A stretch of DNA of 64,000 bases from Eledone cirrhosa. Taxonomy: Eukaryota. The position numbers and the translations under genes are program-made. The stretch lies in the NCBI GenBank assembly GCA_964016885.1, contig OZ024742.1, positions 32,798,001 to 32,862,000 on the forward strand, read 5' to 3'. Under the pieces are notes generated by a model. That model was not told the origin of the DNA. It saw nothing but the letters and a program-made list of their open reading frames with translations, and did not search any database. Positions 1-12,090 of the stretch are shown in pieces (within the stretch, counting starts at the first letter, position 1; each line of letters starts with the position of its first letter).

Positions 1-69
1 AATCTGATGATATCGCAACAGTGCCAGTTGCTGTTGTAATGATCACATAACAGCTCCACGTTGGTGTCA
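1..69 (-). CDS. Host-gene exon running off the window start; possible start of a PLAT/LH2 domain
   Basis: Minus-strand acceptor TATTTCAG (AG at 71-70). Phase-1 reading (V)TPTWSCYVIITTATGTVAISSD is in frame with the 3546-3596 exon. The PLAT resemblance is pattern-level only. Confidence 0.55.
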
Positions 70-117
70 CTGAAATACATATTGTGCAATAAATATGATT
101 ATGTAACATCTGTCTTA

Positions 118-149
<32 letters not shown>

Positions 150-1039
150 ATGTATATATATATATATATAAATTGGTGAAATTGTTTGAGCATTAGACAG
201 GGTGCCTCACAGTACCTGTTCTGGCTCTGTGTTCAAATTTGCTTTAAAATATATGATTTATTTTGTAGTGCTTAAGGAAAAGCATAACTATAGTTATCCT
301 TGTCCTCCTCCTCTTTCAATCTTTTCTATATTTCATCTGCCTGTCACCAACCTTGTGGATTGTTTCTCTGTTGACCACTGGTCACTGGTCTCTGTCCCCC
401 GAGGCACTTTTGCCCATCGCTGTCTTTGACAGCATTTAGCTGTTTTAATCCCTGTTCTAGTGATGAGTTTCCTCATTTTTATATGTATAACTACAGTGTT
501 TTCTTCAAATAAAGAAACTGCTCTATGTTGAAGCAATGACCTGATAGTCAAAACATAAGCAGCTTGAAGGATATAATGGTTACTGCAGTAACTTGTTTCT
601 TTGATCTCAATTTTGGCTCCATCTCTCTTCATTTAAATAAATTAACCTGTCTAGGACAGTGGATTGGTGGAATTGTTAGAACATCAGATAAGATGCTGTA
701 TGGTATCTGCTCTGCTTCTGTACATTCTGAATTTAATCCTGCCTATTACTAGGAAAATGGTAACAGGATAGGACTGAGGCCCCTATAGTTAAAACATCCA
801 AGAAACCTCATATGTGATGCAGCCCGAAGTCAGCTAAACCTACATAAGTAGGAGCCATAATGACAACAGTATTCCAGAAATATAGCAATTCTCTCCATTT
901 TAAAAACAAAAATGTCTCTCCTTGCTATGATTATTACAGTCTTCATATTAATATTGAAGGTTTGTTTGCTGAAGCACTATTGAAAGTCAGTAAAAGATAT
1001 CAAACAAATATCAGGAGCTTAACTTCACTTTAGAACCTC

Positions 1040-1255
1040 TCAAGTATTGGTGCCATGATAAAATGCATCTTGCATAATTTGTAAAGTTGGTGGTAGGAAG
1101 GGCATCGAACCATAGAAACCATGCCAAACATTGGAATGTACAAGCATGACATGATCCCAAACTTACCTAAGAGGATAGTAACTTCAAATAAGAATTTACT
1201 CTGATTTTAATGATCCATCTAACCTATGTTAGCATGGAAATGAGTGTAAAGTCCT
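1040..1255 (+). mobile_element. Decayed SINE-like body with RTE-type 3' end
   Basis: Carries the GGTAGGAAGGGCATC motif and an AACCTATGTTAGCATGGAAA tail, both shared with the RTE 3' UTRs in this window. Confidence 0.55.
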
Positions 1256-1826
1256 GATATCTATAAATTTTAGTATAGTAAAATGTTTTAAAATCTTTAA
1301 GAAAGATACAAAGTAATTAAATTTTAGAACAGGATGCAATTTGCATGATGACATTGACTGTATTTTTTTATGCAAATATAGAGCCAGATTACTTAAACCA
1401 TGCAAATGTGACAGTTCTGTTGACAGCCATATGCAAACTAAGTCAACGACGCAGCATCTGTACGGTCATCTGGATTGTTATAATTCTTAAATAAATTGCA
1501 GCCTACCATATTTTTTTAATATACGACATATAAAATAATGTAGTCCTAGACATGGTATGCCTGAAAAAAAAAAGACATGAAGGTCACTGCTGGAATGCTT
1601 TTGAGCATAGGTCAGCTCAATTAGGACAGATCCCAGGCTAAACAACAACAACAATCACATGCAAAGATGTAGATACTGCATTTAATTCCATGCAACCTAT
1701 AGTAACTGCATACATTATTAGAAAGATTTGAAGTAATTACAACACCAAGACAAAGTTCAATGCCTTGTAATACATGGTTTGTTGAAATATGTTATTTCTA
1801 TTGGATACATTAGAATAAGTTAAATA

Positions 1827-2051
1827 TTAACCCTTTAGCATTTACACTACTTTATATTTACTGTTATATTTTCACAGTAAAGACTTTACCTCACATATCT
1901 CACATAATATCAAACCTATGAGATTTTGATATTATTTATTTTGAGAAGAATACCTTAACATCAGTACAAGCAGCCGGTTACAGCCGATTTGAACAAAAAG
2001 AGGTGAGAGAATTCTGGCCAGATATGGCCGGTTTAAATGCTAAAGGGTTAA
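1827..2051. mobile_element. piggyBac-like MITE with TTAA target site
   Basis: TTAA-CCCTTTAGCATTTA ... TAAATGCTAAAGGG-TTAA terminal inverted repeats. Related copies at 17118 and 24615. Confidence 0.8.
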
Positions 2052-2600
2052 TGTGTGTGTGTGTGTGTGTTGGAACTCTGTCGAGTGTTCCAGATGTTTC
2101 GTCAACACTAATATGTAAGTGACTGAGAATTCTACTGATGCAATTCTCAGGAAGATTCAACATGACAGTGTGTGATAATTGCAGGTACAACTTGTTTTTA
2201 CTAGTTGATTGGACTGGAGTAATATGAAATAAAGTGTCTCGCTCAAGGACACAATGCACTGCCAGGAATTAAGCTCATGATCATATAATTATGACCTGAA
2301 CACCCTAACTACTAAGCCATGTGTTATCACAATAAGAAAAGTAGAACAGATTATTACAATTTGAACTGGTGCTTCTTTCTTACAGATTTATCACAGGTAA
2401 AATATCAACTTCATTACATGTAACTAATCACATTGATGTCATAATTAACTGAAAATTGCAAAAATGCTTTTTAAATGTTTTGATAAATTAATTGCTTTTT
2501 ATGCCTCACTCCATGTGGAAGTTAAACCTATAATATTTATAGTAAACAAAAAAAAAGTTTTTTTTTTTCTTCCATATCCTAAGTTTTAACTCATCATTAT

Positions 2601-2770
2601 AGGTGCAGGCATGGCTATATAGTTAAGAAGTTTGATTTGCAAACACATGATTCCAGATTAAATCATCCCAATATCTGGCATCTTAGGCATATCTCTTCTA
2701 TCACAATCTTGGATCAACCCAAGTCTTATGAGTGTAATTGGGCAGAGGAAACTGTGGAGCTCATTGAATG
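2601..2770 (+). mobile_element. tRNA-derived SINE, decayed
   Basis: GGTGCAGGCATGGCT...GTTAAGAAG head; body homologous to 17803-17960. Confidence 0.55.
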
Positions 2771-3545
2771 GACTGATTATTCTTGACTGAACTTACTCTG
2801 TCACCAGGTTTAACATCCTGGTCCATTGGTACTTTTAGTACTGTTGCAAGTATTCATATCAAGTCTTCTGTCTGGGGGTACACAAAATCGTAGCTTGGTT
2901 TCTTCCTCCCTTTCCTCACCCTCACCAGCTTGAAAGGTCAGGCAAAGGTCAGGTAAAGGTCAGGTAATTATGGATAGCCAAGTAGTAAAATCTATGGTTG
3001 TGAGGGTTAAGGTACTGGGTTTACTGGATCCATAGTCTTAAGTTCAACTATTACAAAAGACAATATGCTGTGCCTTTTAGGCCAAATAAATAATTTCACT
3101 AGTCTCAGTCTGCCAGGTTGACAAACAAGTCCATTGATGGGAGGAGAGAGGGTGCATCTAGCTATGAAAATAATTATTGCTTAACCACAGTAGGAGACAT
3201 CCTACCCAGGTCTTCATAAAAAATAAAATATACATGTAGTATAGCAGAAAAAAAAGTACACAAATTAGCTATAGAACTAACCAGTTGCAATGAAGACATA
3301 TTTCACCAAAGCATTACAAAGCTCTATACACAATTTACGGGCCTATAGTCTATGTTAGAATAATAAGACATCAAGAATATTTAAATAGAGAGATGGAGAT
3401 AGACAGATGGATGGCTAGAGAGACAGACAGACAGATTAAAGATGTTATCAAGATGCAAGAAGCATATTAGTCTGGTGCAATGTGAAGTTTATTATAAAAC
3501 AGACAGTTATAGTGTATACATAGGATACTCGTCCAAAATACTCAC

Positions 3546-3596
3546 CCTTTGGGGTTTTAGGAGATCCAGGACTGCTAGATTTGCTACTGCTGCCAT
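3546..3596 (-). CDS. 51-nt host-gene exon, (D)GSSSKSSSPGSPKTPK
   Basis: Pyrimidine-rich acceptor ending TTAAGCAG and donor GTGAGT. Symmetric phase 1-1 and in frame with the neighbouring exons. Confidence 0.7.
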
Positions 3597-4369
3597 CTGC
3601 TTAAATGTCAAACAAACAGAAGGAAAATAGGTGCACACGCACAAGCACACACACAAAAGAGGAAGAGAAAGAAAAAAAGAAAAAGTGAGGTAGAATATAT
3701 TTGAGAATATCTTCAAATATTAAGAAAAGAATATAATAAAACTGTAAGAAATTCTCTATAAAATTCTATTTTCTCCAAAACAACTCCAGAAATTGAGACA
3801 CTACAAAATCCATCTCAAAATTGTCTCAAAATGCATACACATGCAAGATAAAACCAGTGCATTGCATCTTATGTGATAGAAACAGGAGATAGAATCTTGA
3901 AATGATATAAGATGTAAAACAAGACAACAATGACAACAAAAAGTAATATTGTTTTGGTATATTTTGAATTTAGTTTACATTTTCTTCTGGATATACCATA
4001 TTTAATGGTTTAAAAGGCACACAAGCTTATAAGACACCCTATCCAATTCAAAGTCCACCATATGTTATTACCTGTAACTTATAATCAATTGTGTAGACAA
4101 GTCTTCACTGTGATTCTATAATGTTGGGGTAATGGTGATCTGAAAATGTTCAACTTGAACTATTCAACTAACAATAGATTGTTCATGTCTTTCAATTAAA
4201 TAAACATTACATGGACCTGAAACTCCCGGTGGAGTCATATGAGTGCCATAGTAATATATGACATTTCTTGGGCATTTTTGTTATAACCTGGCAGAGTCCA
4301 TCCACTCTCCAGACCTGAACACAGCTGATTTCTTCCAGGGAAGGAGAGAGAGAGAAAGAAGAATAAATG

Positions 4370-4515
4370 ATCTCAGTACTTGACTGGTACTTTATTTATC
4401 AACCTCAAAAGGATGAAAGGCAAAATTGACTTCAGCAGGATTTAAACTCAGAGTACAGGGAGCTGGAATGAATACTACAAAGCATTCTATCTGATTTTCT
4501 ATCAACTCTGCCAAT
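4370..4515 (-). mobile_element. Decayed SINE
   Basis: GGTACTTTATTT...AAGGATGAAAGGCAAAATTGAC...GGATTTAAACTCAGAG; an opposite-strand relative lies at about 20960-21070. Confidence 0.45.
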
Positions 4516-5651
4516 AAAGAAATATTAAATCATTTCAAGAAGGCTTGTGTTATCCCTGTTCAAAAAAATATAAACAATCTTATGAAGAAGGTCAGCCTTT
4601 CCTCTGTTCAAACACTACTAGATTGTTTGCTTCTGTCAATTAAACACACATTGTACTGTATTGTTTTATGTAAGTGTCTTATCTCAATTGTTGATTTCAA
4701 ATTAATTAAATACAGAGGAACTGGTGCAGGGTGTGAAGTTTGATATACAACTTACTGCTAGTTTGTTTGTGTGAGTGGTCAAGCATTGTCATTTAATTTC
4801 CCTCCTGACTGGTGTTGTTTTATATGAAGTGATATTGTTATCTTATAAAATACTTACCAGTAGCCATGAAAAGCAGTTTTGTAAGAGATTCCCTTTTACT
4901 AAGCACTATCACACGCTTGATAGTAACCCAAAACCTGACTTTGTGTTTATATGTAGGCTGAGTTTCTGGGAAAACATTTTTGAAATAAGTGTGCCTTATA
5001 AACCATCAAATGCAGTAATTAAAATTATCACAAAATAGAGATTTGTTTCAAGATTTGTTAAGTTATTCAATCACAATTCTGTTCTACAATAACACTACTA
5101 AACATTTCTAGAGTAGTGCCTCCAAAATGTACAACCACAGGTTTTATTTTGTTTCCTTTATTCATATATCTATCTATATATTGTTATATATACAAAGAAA
5201 ATTAAATCATTAAAGCCTGATATTAACCCTTTCCTTACATTATTTCTAATGAAAGATCGAGCCTATCATTTTGTTAAAAAAAATTAAAAAAATGAAGCAT
5301 TTGGAGAGATTTAGAAATATTACTCCATTATTAATCTGATGTTTGGGACATAGTTTATTAAGGGATCTTAGATAAAATTGTGATAGAAGAGTTTTAGATA
5401 AATATATACACATTAAAACAAACAGTTTTGTATTGTGGAACCACAAGTGGTTTCAGGCAATTTGATATCAAACAAGTTAAGTTTTTGCCTTCCTATTTTT
5501 TGCAACAAGAATAAACAAGCTTGCTTCATCATAATCTGGCAAGTAGAGCTTTTATGCAGTCTCTCAACCTGCTAGAACCAGCAGCTGAATTTCCCTCAAA
5601 CCACACAACTTACCATCTTCAAAAACAGAGGACATATTAGACAATGTAGTT

Positions 5652-6275
5652 TTAACCTTTTCTCACCACGAGGTCAATATCTCAATCTTGATAATGTAGC
5701 CAAAGATACTAACTACATTAGCATCATCATTGGCTTAAATAGCTAGCACTCTTCTTGATAGGCAAGAGATCTCCATACAAACCAATAATGTTGTGGATCA
5801 TATCCTAAAGTTAGCAGACATTGTTTATAAAATTTTCTGCAAGGATTTTGGTTTATTTCATATTTTTAAATGATTTATATGAGTTTTGTGAGTGGATAAG
5901 TAATATGGATGATAACAGTAGTAGTGATCATGATATTTATGATCCTAGTAACTTTTGGCAGAATTATCTGTGAGAAATTGGGCAGTTTTGAGAGTTTGGG
6001 TGATTCTGGTGGATACTAACCCTTACAAGAAGTCAAAATATTACCATTTTTCAAGACATTCATTAGTATGCAAATGAACTAATTATCGTTTGAATTTTAA
6101 CTGGTTGCCCCAGTTGCTGGTTTTACAAAAGTTTATTGTTTATAGTACCTCTGCTTGATAGTTATTTGATGGTATTTGAGTCGCACTGTTTTTCTATTTG
6201 TGTTTGGCAATTATCCTATAACATATTTTATTTTTCAAGATATGGTGAAAAGAGCTAAAGCACTAAAGGGGTTAA
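5652..6275. mobile_element. TTAA-flanked non-autonomous DNA transposon inserted in an older dispersed repeat
   Basis: TTAACCTTTT ... AAAGGGGTTAA ends. The flanks rejoin into the repeat seen intact at 8735-8925. Confidence 0.55.
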
Positions 6276-7836
6276 ACATACAAAAATACAAGATGACATT
6301 TTATTATAGGCCTGCTTAATCAAACCTGATTTAAATAAATGGAAAAAGACCATTATAATAATTGTTTTTCTTGTATATTAATAATATAGGCACTATAGGA
6401 TTAAGGCCTACCCTAAGCTGTACATTAGAAGACACTACATTACTTAGGTCAAAACATTTTTCATAAATGGGTTATAAAACAAAGCAATGTTGTTGATTTA
6501 CAAGAGTCATGCTTCCATAAACAGCCACACTTCTTAGATGTATGACAATTTAAGAAAACTGGACTGATGTAGGCAAATTGTTAACTTGCAAGACAACTTA
6601 AAGGGGTAGAAGAAAACAAAAATGCAACAGAAAAGAAAATATCTAAATGTCATTTCACAGTAAGGGATGAAAGCCCCTCCAGTCAAGGAAAACAGATGTT
6701 TGCTGATTATTGAGAGGTGATAGACTCAATCTGTTGCTTGCTCAGTTAAACCCCATCCTTGGATGCCATTAGCATAGTTCACCATGTTGCATGAATTCAA
6801 ATCAGGTCTCTGGTTTCACGATAAATTTCTCTCTTTCTCCCCCCAAAAACTTTGAATTTTTTGGAAGACAATCATAGCTTCATAGATTGCAGCAAATTTT
6901 TCAATGCTATAACATTATGATTTTGCTTTTCAATATCTACTAAAAATTAAGAACGCTTCCAATATTGGCAAATTCATGTTACAAATAACAAAATTCATAA
7001 TTGGACTAAACTGAACAGTAATAAGGCTAAGGTGTTACATCAGTAGGTTGGCTCTATTGAAAGAACATCAGATCATTGACTGTTGAAGATACTTATATGT
7101 ATGGAGAATTATATAGTAGGAGCCCTGTGGTAATGGCACGAGAAACAACTAAAGCCAACATTAAAAACCTTTAATATTGATGCTTCTTTGTGGACTACTG
7201 ATGTATTGAGTTATTTGCGCAGGAGGAAAAAAACTATAAAATTGGACATAATTTCTTTCAAAGTTCCAGTAAAGAGTAGGCTGACAGGAGATATTGATGA
7301 AGAAAAGCAGGCTGACTACAAAAACTTCAATTCTCAGACCCTCATTGTCAGTGGTTAGGTTAAAATACGTTTATACAGTCTTAAAACACATTTAGAAATT
7401 TAATGGAATAGAATTCTTGACACAAAGAGATACCACTGATTAGTGACCCCATGAAAAAAATATGTTTATAATAAAAAAAAAACTATCCTTAGAATTGATT
7501 TATAGAAGATATCCTTAACAAAGAAAAAAATCATGAAAATTATTAGTTTTCTTCTTCTTTAGTTCCCTTTGTTCCCAACATAGCATAGGTGACTTCCTTC
7601 ATTTCTAAAGCAATTTTAATTAATGGTGGTAAGGTTTCTAGCCTTGTGCTTCATCCCTCCTCCATACTTCACACAGATAAAAACCAGCCTTGCATTTCAA
7701 AGTCAAGGGCAGAATCAATAATTCTGCATAGGGACCCATTTCAGGCACTGTCAGCTGAACCTGGGAGTCAAATCACTTCATTTTATTTTCAAAGGAACAT
7801 TGATAACGCTATGTTCAGTATTGAAATAATGTTTCT

Positions 7837-8410
7837 TTAACCCTTTAGTATTTACATTACTATGTATTTACTATTATATTTTCATGGAATCAAAGTAATA
7901 TCACATCCAGACCTGACAAGAGGGGTTGCTGGAATGTAGGCCAGTTGGCATGGGCCTACAATTTTGTGGTGTGTGAGTGGATGGGAGGGACTACTCGCCT
8001 CAAGTTCTAGTTCTCTTATTCTCTTATGTTACTTTTAAGTATACCCCATGCAAGTGTGGAAGATGGACGTTAAACGATGATGATGATGATGATGATGACA
8101 TGTACACTACATCATGTACATACCTGCTAATCATACATAAATCATGTATGTAGCACTGATTACTAAAATACTTAATGTGGCCTACATTTCACATCTGGCA
8201 TTGGGCCTACATTCTATATCTGACCTGGGCTTATTTATTATAAGTTTTAGGGGTCCTACAAATTATATCTGATATGGGACTGTTACCAGCTTTGCACGAG
8301 CTTGATCATACTGATGTGGTGTCATTAATCAGTTCATTAGAATTAGATAGTATTGCAACATATATTTAAGAAAAGATCCTTAAAAGCATGGTTTTGACAA
8401 GTAGGGTTAA
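7837..8410. mobile_element. piggyBac-like MITE with nested insertions
   Basis: TTAACCCTTTAG start as at 1827 and AGGGTTAA end; an RTE-type tail with (GAT)n sits inside at 8044-8098. Confidence 0.5.
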
Positions 8411-8734
8411 TATATTTTCAAAGCAACAGCGAAAGTCACAATGATGACAATGAATGTTAGTGTCTCATTTTGTCATATATATAAATAAAATTAGAAAGAT
8501 ATTTTGTTAAATTCTTCCTGCCTTAATTTTAGAGTATGTGTGTTTATATATAAACACATACATATATTATATAGAGCATTATTCCCAAATTAAGACAAGA
8601 GGACTTTAATAAAATACCTTTATTATTATGTCACTCATCCATCCCCAATGTCTATGAATTAGAGAAGCAAAATTAGGTACTATGATGCGTAATGTCTTTG
8701 CTCAATGAGAGTAATTTTGAACCAATGTAGGAAC

Positions 8735-8925
8735 TTCAACCTGTTCGAAATAGCAGCCAAAACTCGCTGAAACGATATACAGCTGTTTTTAAAAAAAAGA
8801 AGGGACATATTAAAAACTATGTCTGAAAACAAAAGACCTGATGATCACAGCTAAAACACTTTTGATCATATGCCTGCTGGATCAGGGCTGACTTGGGGCT
8901 AAACAACAACAACAACAACAACAAT
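8735..8925 (+). mobile_element. Dispersed retroposon-like repeat ending GGGCTAAA(CAA)n
   Basis: Related copies at about 1480-1655, 5550-5650 and 18320-18470, and reversed at about 20490-20640 and 21270-21450. Confidence 0.55.
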
Positions 8926-9356
8926 AACATCAGTAAAATAAAGGAGTCATTACAAGTGGAAAACAAGACTGGTTTATAGCATAAGCTTTGCTATTCTTCA
9001 ATATAATTTCAAATAATGTATTCCTTAGTCAGTACAGATCAGCTCCTTTCATTTATGTAATCATTTTTGTAGTTTGATGTTTGTCTCTCTCCAAATTCAA
9101 TGTATTGAAACTGACAATATTTTTATTTCAAATATTTTAGACAGCCTTATTTGACAGTAAAACAAGCGAAAATTAATATAAGCTTATGATATGAGAAAAC
9201 ATAATAAAGAATTGGTATATAAGAGTGGAAGATATAGAAATAAGGTAGGAAAAAACAAAGGAGATATAAAATCAAAGTTTAAATAAAAACAAAATATTAA
9301 ACCATAACATAACATATTCTATAATATAGTCCATTATATATATATATATATATATA

Positions 9357-9532
9357 TATTTGAAAAAAGGAAAAGAATGACTTCACTTGTAGTGTTAAAC
9401 ATTTTTGATTTAATTTTATATTATAATATTATGAGTTGGTAGATCCAGTGGATCATAATATTATAATATAAAATTAAATCAAACATTTTTTAACACTACA
9501 AGTGAAGTCATTCTTTTCCTTATTTTCAAATA
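9357..9532. repeat. Long palindrome (about 78-bp arms) with a one-sided tail, in (TA)n
   Basis: TATTTGAAAA...GGAAAAGAATGACTTCACTTGTAGTGTTAAA is mirrored by TTTAACACTACAAGTGAAGTCATTCTTTTCC...TTTTCAAATA. Confidence 0.9.
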
Positions 9533-9608
9533 TACCTAACTGTATCAAGGATCTCACACATTTTCCAATATATATATATATATACACACATATATATATA
9601 TATATACT

Positions 9609-9990
9609 ACAAAGATTCAGTGTTGTATTACATATGTTTCACTATCGATCAGCTCAAGGCAAGGACCTATTATAGATTGAACGTGACTCTGTAATCAAAA
9701 GCTTGTCAGATATGCTTAGTATATGAATTCGTCTCCGATTCTGTGTGACAAATTCATATACTAAGCATATCTGACGAGCTTTCGATTACAGAGTCACGTT
9801 AGATCTATAATAGGTCCTTGCCTTGAGCTGATCGATAGTGAAACATATGTACTATATCATTAAATATGTTATGATGCCACACTGAATCCTTGTTTCTTAT
9901 CCTTATAGTATTATACTCTGCTCTGCGTGAGCATCGAGTGCTCAACCGGCATACAGCCTAAGGACGCATTTTTCATGCAACCATACAACT
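9609..9990. mobile_element. Penelope-like inverted element: palindrome 9629-9851 with hammerhead motifs, plus tail
   Basis: Arms of about 100 bp with few mismatches. The right arm reads CTGACGA (9771) ... GAAA-CATATG-TA (9840-9851). Flanked by (TA)n. Confidence 0.7.
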
Positions 9991-10032
9991 ATATATATAT
10001 ACATACATACATAAACACACACATATATATAC

Positions 10033-10074
<42 letters not shown>

Positions 10075-10173
10075 GTATAATGAAGATATAAACATGCTTC
10101 TATTGGTGGTGGAGGCACTTACAGTATGGAGAGCATATATATCTACACATCACCAAATTGATAATTCACTTAC

Positions 10174-10362
10174 CAGTTGGACTGTCAGAATCAATTTGTA
10201 TACTTCGAGATCTCCTGACAATTCCATGCACTGATGAGCGTCTGCGAAGTTTCCGAGCATCTGCACTTTTCTTACGATCCCACATATTTGAACTGCGTAA
10301 AATGTGGCCATGAGTAGAAACAGCATCCAGTTTATTTTTGATGCTGCGTAACAATTTATTTT
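10174..10362 (-). CDS. 189-nt host-gene exon (ENKLLRSIKNKLDAVSTHGHILRSSNMWDRKKSADARKLRRRSSVHGIVRRSRSIQIDSDSPT)
   Basis: Acceptor CTCTTTATTTTCAG, donor GTAAGT, open phase 1-1 frame of 63 codons, non-repetitive composition. Confidence 0.8.
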
Positions 10363-10444
10363 CTGAAAATAAAGAGTAATATATATATATATATATATAT
10401 AATAACATGGATGAGATGTCATATTTTCATTACATTTATTGAGG

Positions 10445-10530
10445 TGTGACGTGTGTTTCATGATTGATCAGCTGAAGGTTTGATCTGTGTTGATTGGGCC
10501 CGACTCTGGAATCAAAAGCTCATCAGACTT
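10445..10530 (-). ncRNA. Degenerate hammerhead motif, same family as 9771-9851
   Basis: CTGATGA-GCTTTTGATTCCAGAGTC...AGCTGATCAATCAT-GAAA-CACACG-TC; stems are eroded. Confidence 0.45.
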
Positions 10531-10668
10531 CTGTTATTGTAATGATGGAATGATTCCTGTACAGCGTTAAAAATATATTATTACACTCTGGTTAGTACAA
10601 CCCCGAAATACATACTGGAGAATACACGTCGAGCGCTCACTCTGGTGAACCTACAGTAACTTGATGCC

Positions 10669-10751
<83 letters not shown>

Positions 10752-10752
10752 T

Positions 10753-10809
<57 letters not shown>

Positions 10810-10828
10810 GATATGTTTTAATATAGAA

Positions 10829-10880
10829 GAGCTTCTACAGGACTAGAACTGTTTCATTCGTGAGAAATCATCAGGGCTTC
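10829..10880 (-). ncRNA. Minimal type I hammerhead motif with a weak stem I
   Basis: AGCC-CTGATGA-TTTCTCACGAAT-GAAA-CAG ttctagtc CTG-TA-GAAGCT. Confidence 0.5.
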
Positions 10881-10915
10881 CTACTATTTTGAGTTCCTAA
10901 CTCAAAATATACCTT

Positions 10916-11278
10916 TGCTATATCTATCTAGGGCGGGTACAATTCCCGAGATCCATGGACGAGTTCTCTCCAGCAGTCTCTGTCCCTCATTATCGCTGCC
11001 ATGTCCTGCGTCTCCAACAGACCAGTGTCTGTCCTTAGAGCATCAACATACGTTAACCTTGGTCTTCCTCTTCCAGTGTGCCCATGTAGGGGCTCCCACA
11101 GGAGCACTGAGTGCAATGTCAACTCTGGATGTCGGTGAGCATGTCCAGCTAACCTCAGTCTCCTCTGTGTCACTTTTGAGCTGACTTTTGGGAGGCTCCC
11201 ATACAGCTCTGAGTTTTTCATCCTCAGTGTATACTGATTAATGTTCAGAGCCATCCTCAGCATTCTCGTGTAGCACCT
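10916..11278 (-). mobile_element. 5'-truncated RTE-clade LINE 3' end
   Basis: Translation contains RRLRLAGH, GRGRPRLTY and MRDRDCWR. 9-bp target-site duplication ATATACCTT at 10907-10915 and 11279-11287. Confidence 0.85.
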
Positions 11279-11405
11279 ATATACCTTATATATATATATA
11301 TATGATAGATAGATTCATAGGTGTGAAAAGGAAAAAGGAAAACAGTGCTCAATCTGCAAAGAGCAGAAATATTACATTATTTATTTATGTTCATACAAAG
11401 AACAA

Positions 11406-11493
11406 AAGCGCTACCTAAGGTTTCAAGGCCCAAATTTGACTATACCTCCAGAACATAAGAGGGATCAAAATAGTGACCTTTCTTCAGGCACTT
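11406..11493 (-). ncRNA. Type I hammerhead ribozyme with intact core
   Basis: AAGTGC-CTGAAGA-AAGGTC...GGCCTT-GAAA-CCTTAGG-TA-GCGCTT; stems I, II and III all pair. Confidence 0.8.
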
Positions 11494-12090
11494 ATATGAG
11501 TTTATAAGATACTGGTATCAATATTCTGAGGTTAAGAAAATAAGTACCAATTAAGTACCAGAGTTGATATAATTGATTTTTACAAGCATGTAAAAATGGG
11601 TATGTGATGATGGAAGATGACTGTTGGCTGATGTAAATACCCTGCTCATTGTAGTCCAGCTAGCTCTTCAGTAATGGACATTTGCTGAATGATATACAGC
11701 CATGGAGACCTATGTGCAATATATTTGAAAGGATGTGCACAGTAATTGCCCATTGGCATAATGTTGTCCAAATAAAATAAATACATTGCTCCCTTAACTC
11801 AACTTAAATGACATGAGAAAAGAATGAAGATGAAGTACAACACTGATTGAGTTCTCATATCATTCTATCATTTGATTGGTGGATGAAGAAATAAATTGAT
11901 TACCTTGATCGACGTCTTCGGTGTTAAAAATAAAACTTAAACTAGTCACACAACTAGTGCTCAAGAAGTCTTTCAGGTTTCCCACCTGGACACTGAAATA
12001 GAACAAAGATTATCAAACTTGGGTGAGCTCTATAAGCTACAAACAAATTTCATGCACATGTTAAAATACAGTTTTATTTCATTAATGTCT

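Noticed and set aside
333-632. 99-aa minus-strand ORF as a host exon
   Set aside because: No convincing splice-site pair or recognisable domain.
10227-10265. Hammerhead-like TGCA-CTGATGA-GC..GC-GAAG...TC-TGCA on the + strand
   Set aside because: It has GAAG instead of GAAA, a 2-bp stem II, and lies antisense within a coding exon; probably chance.
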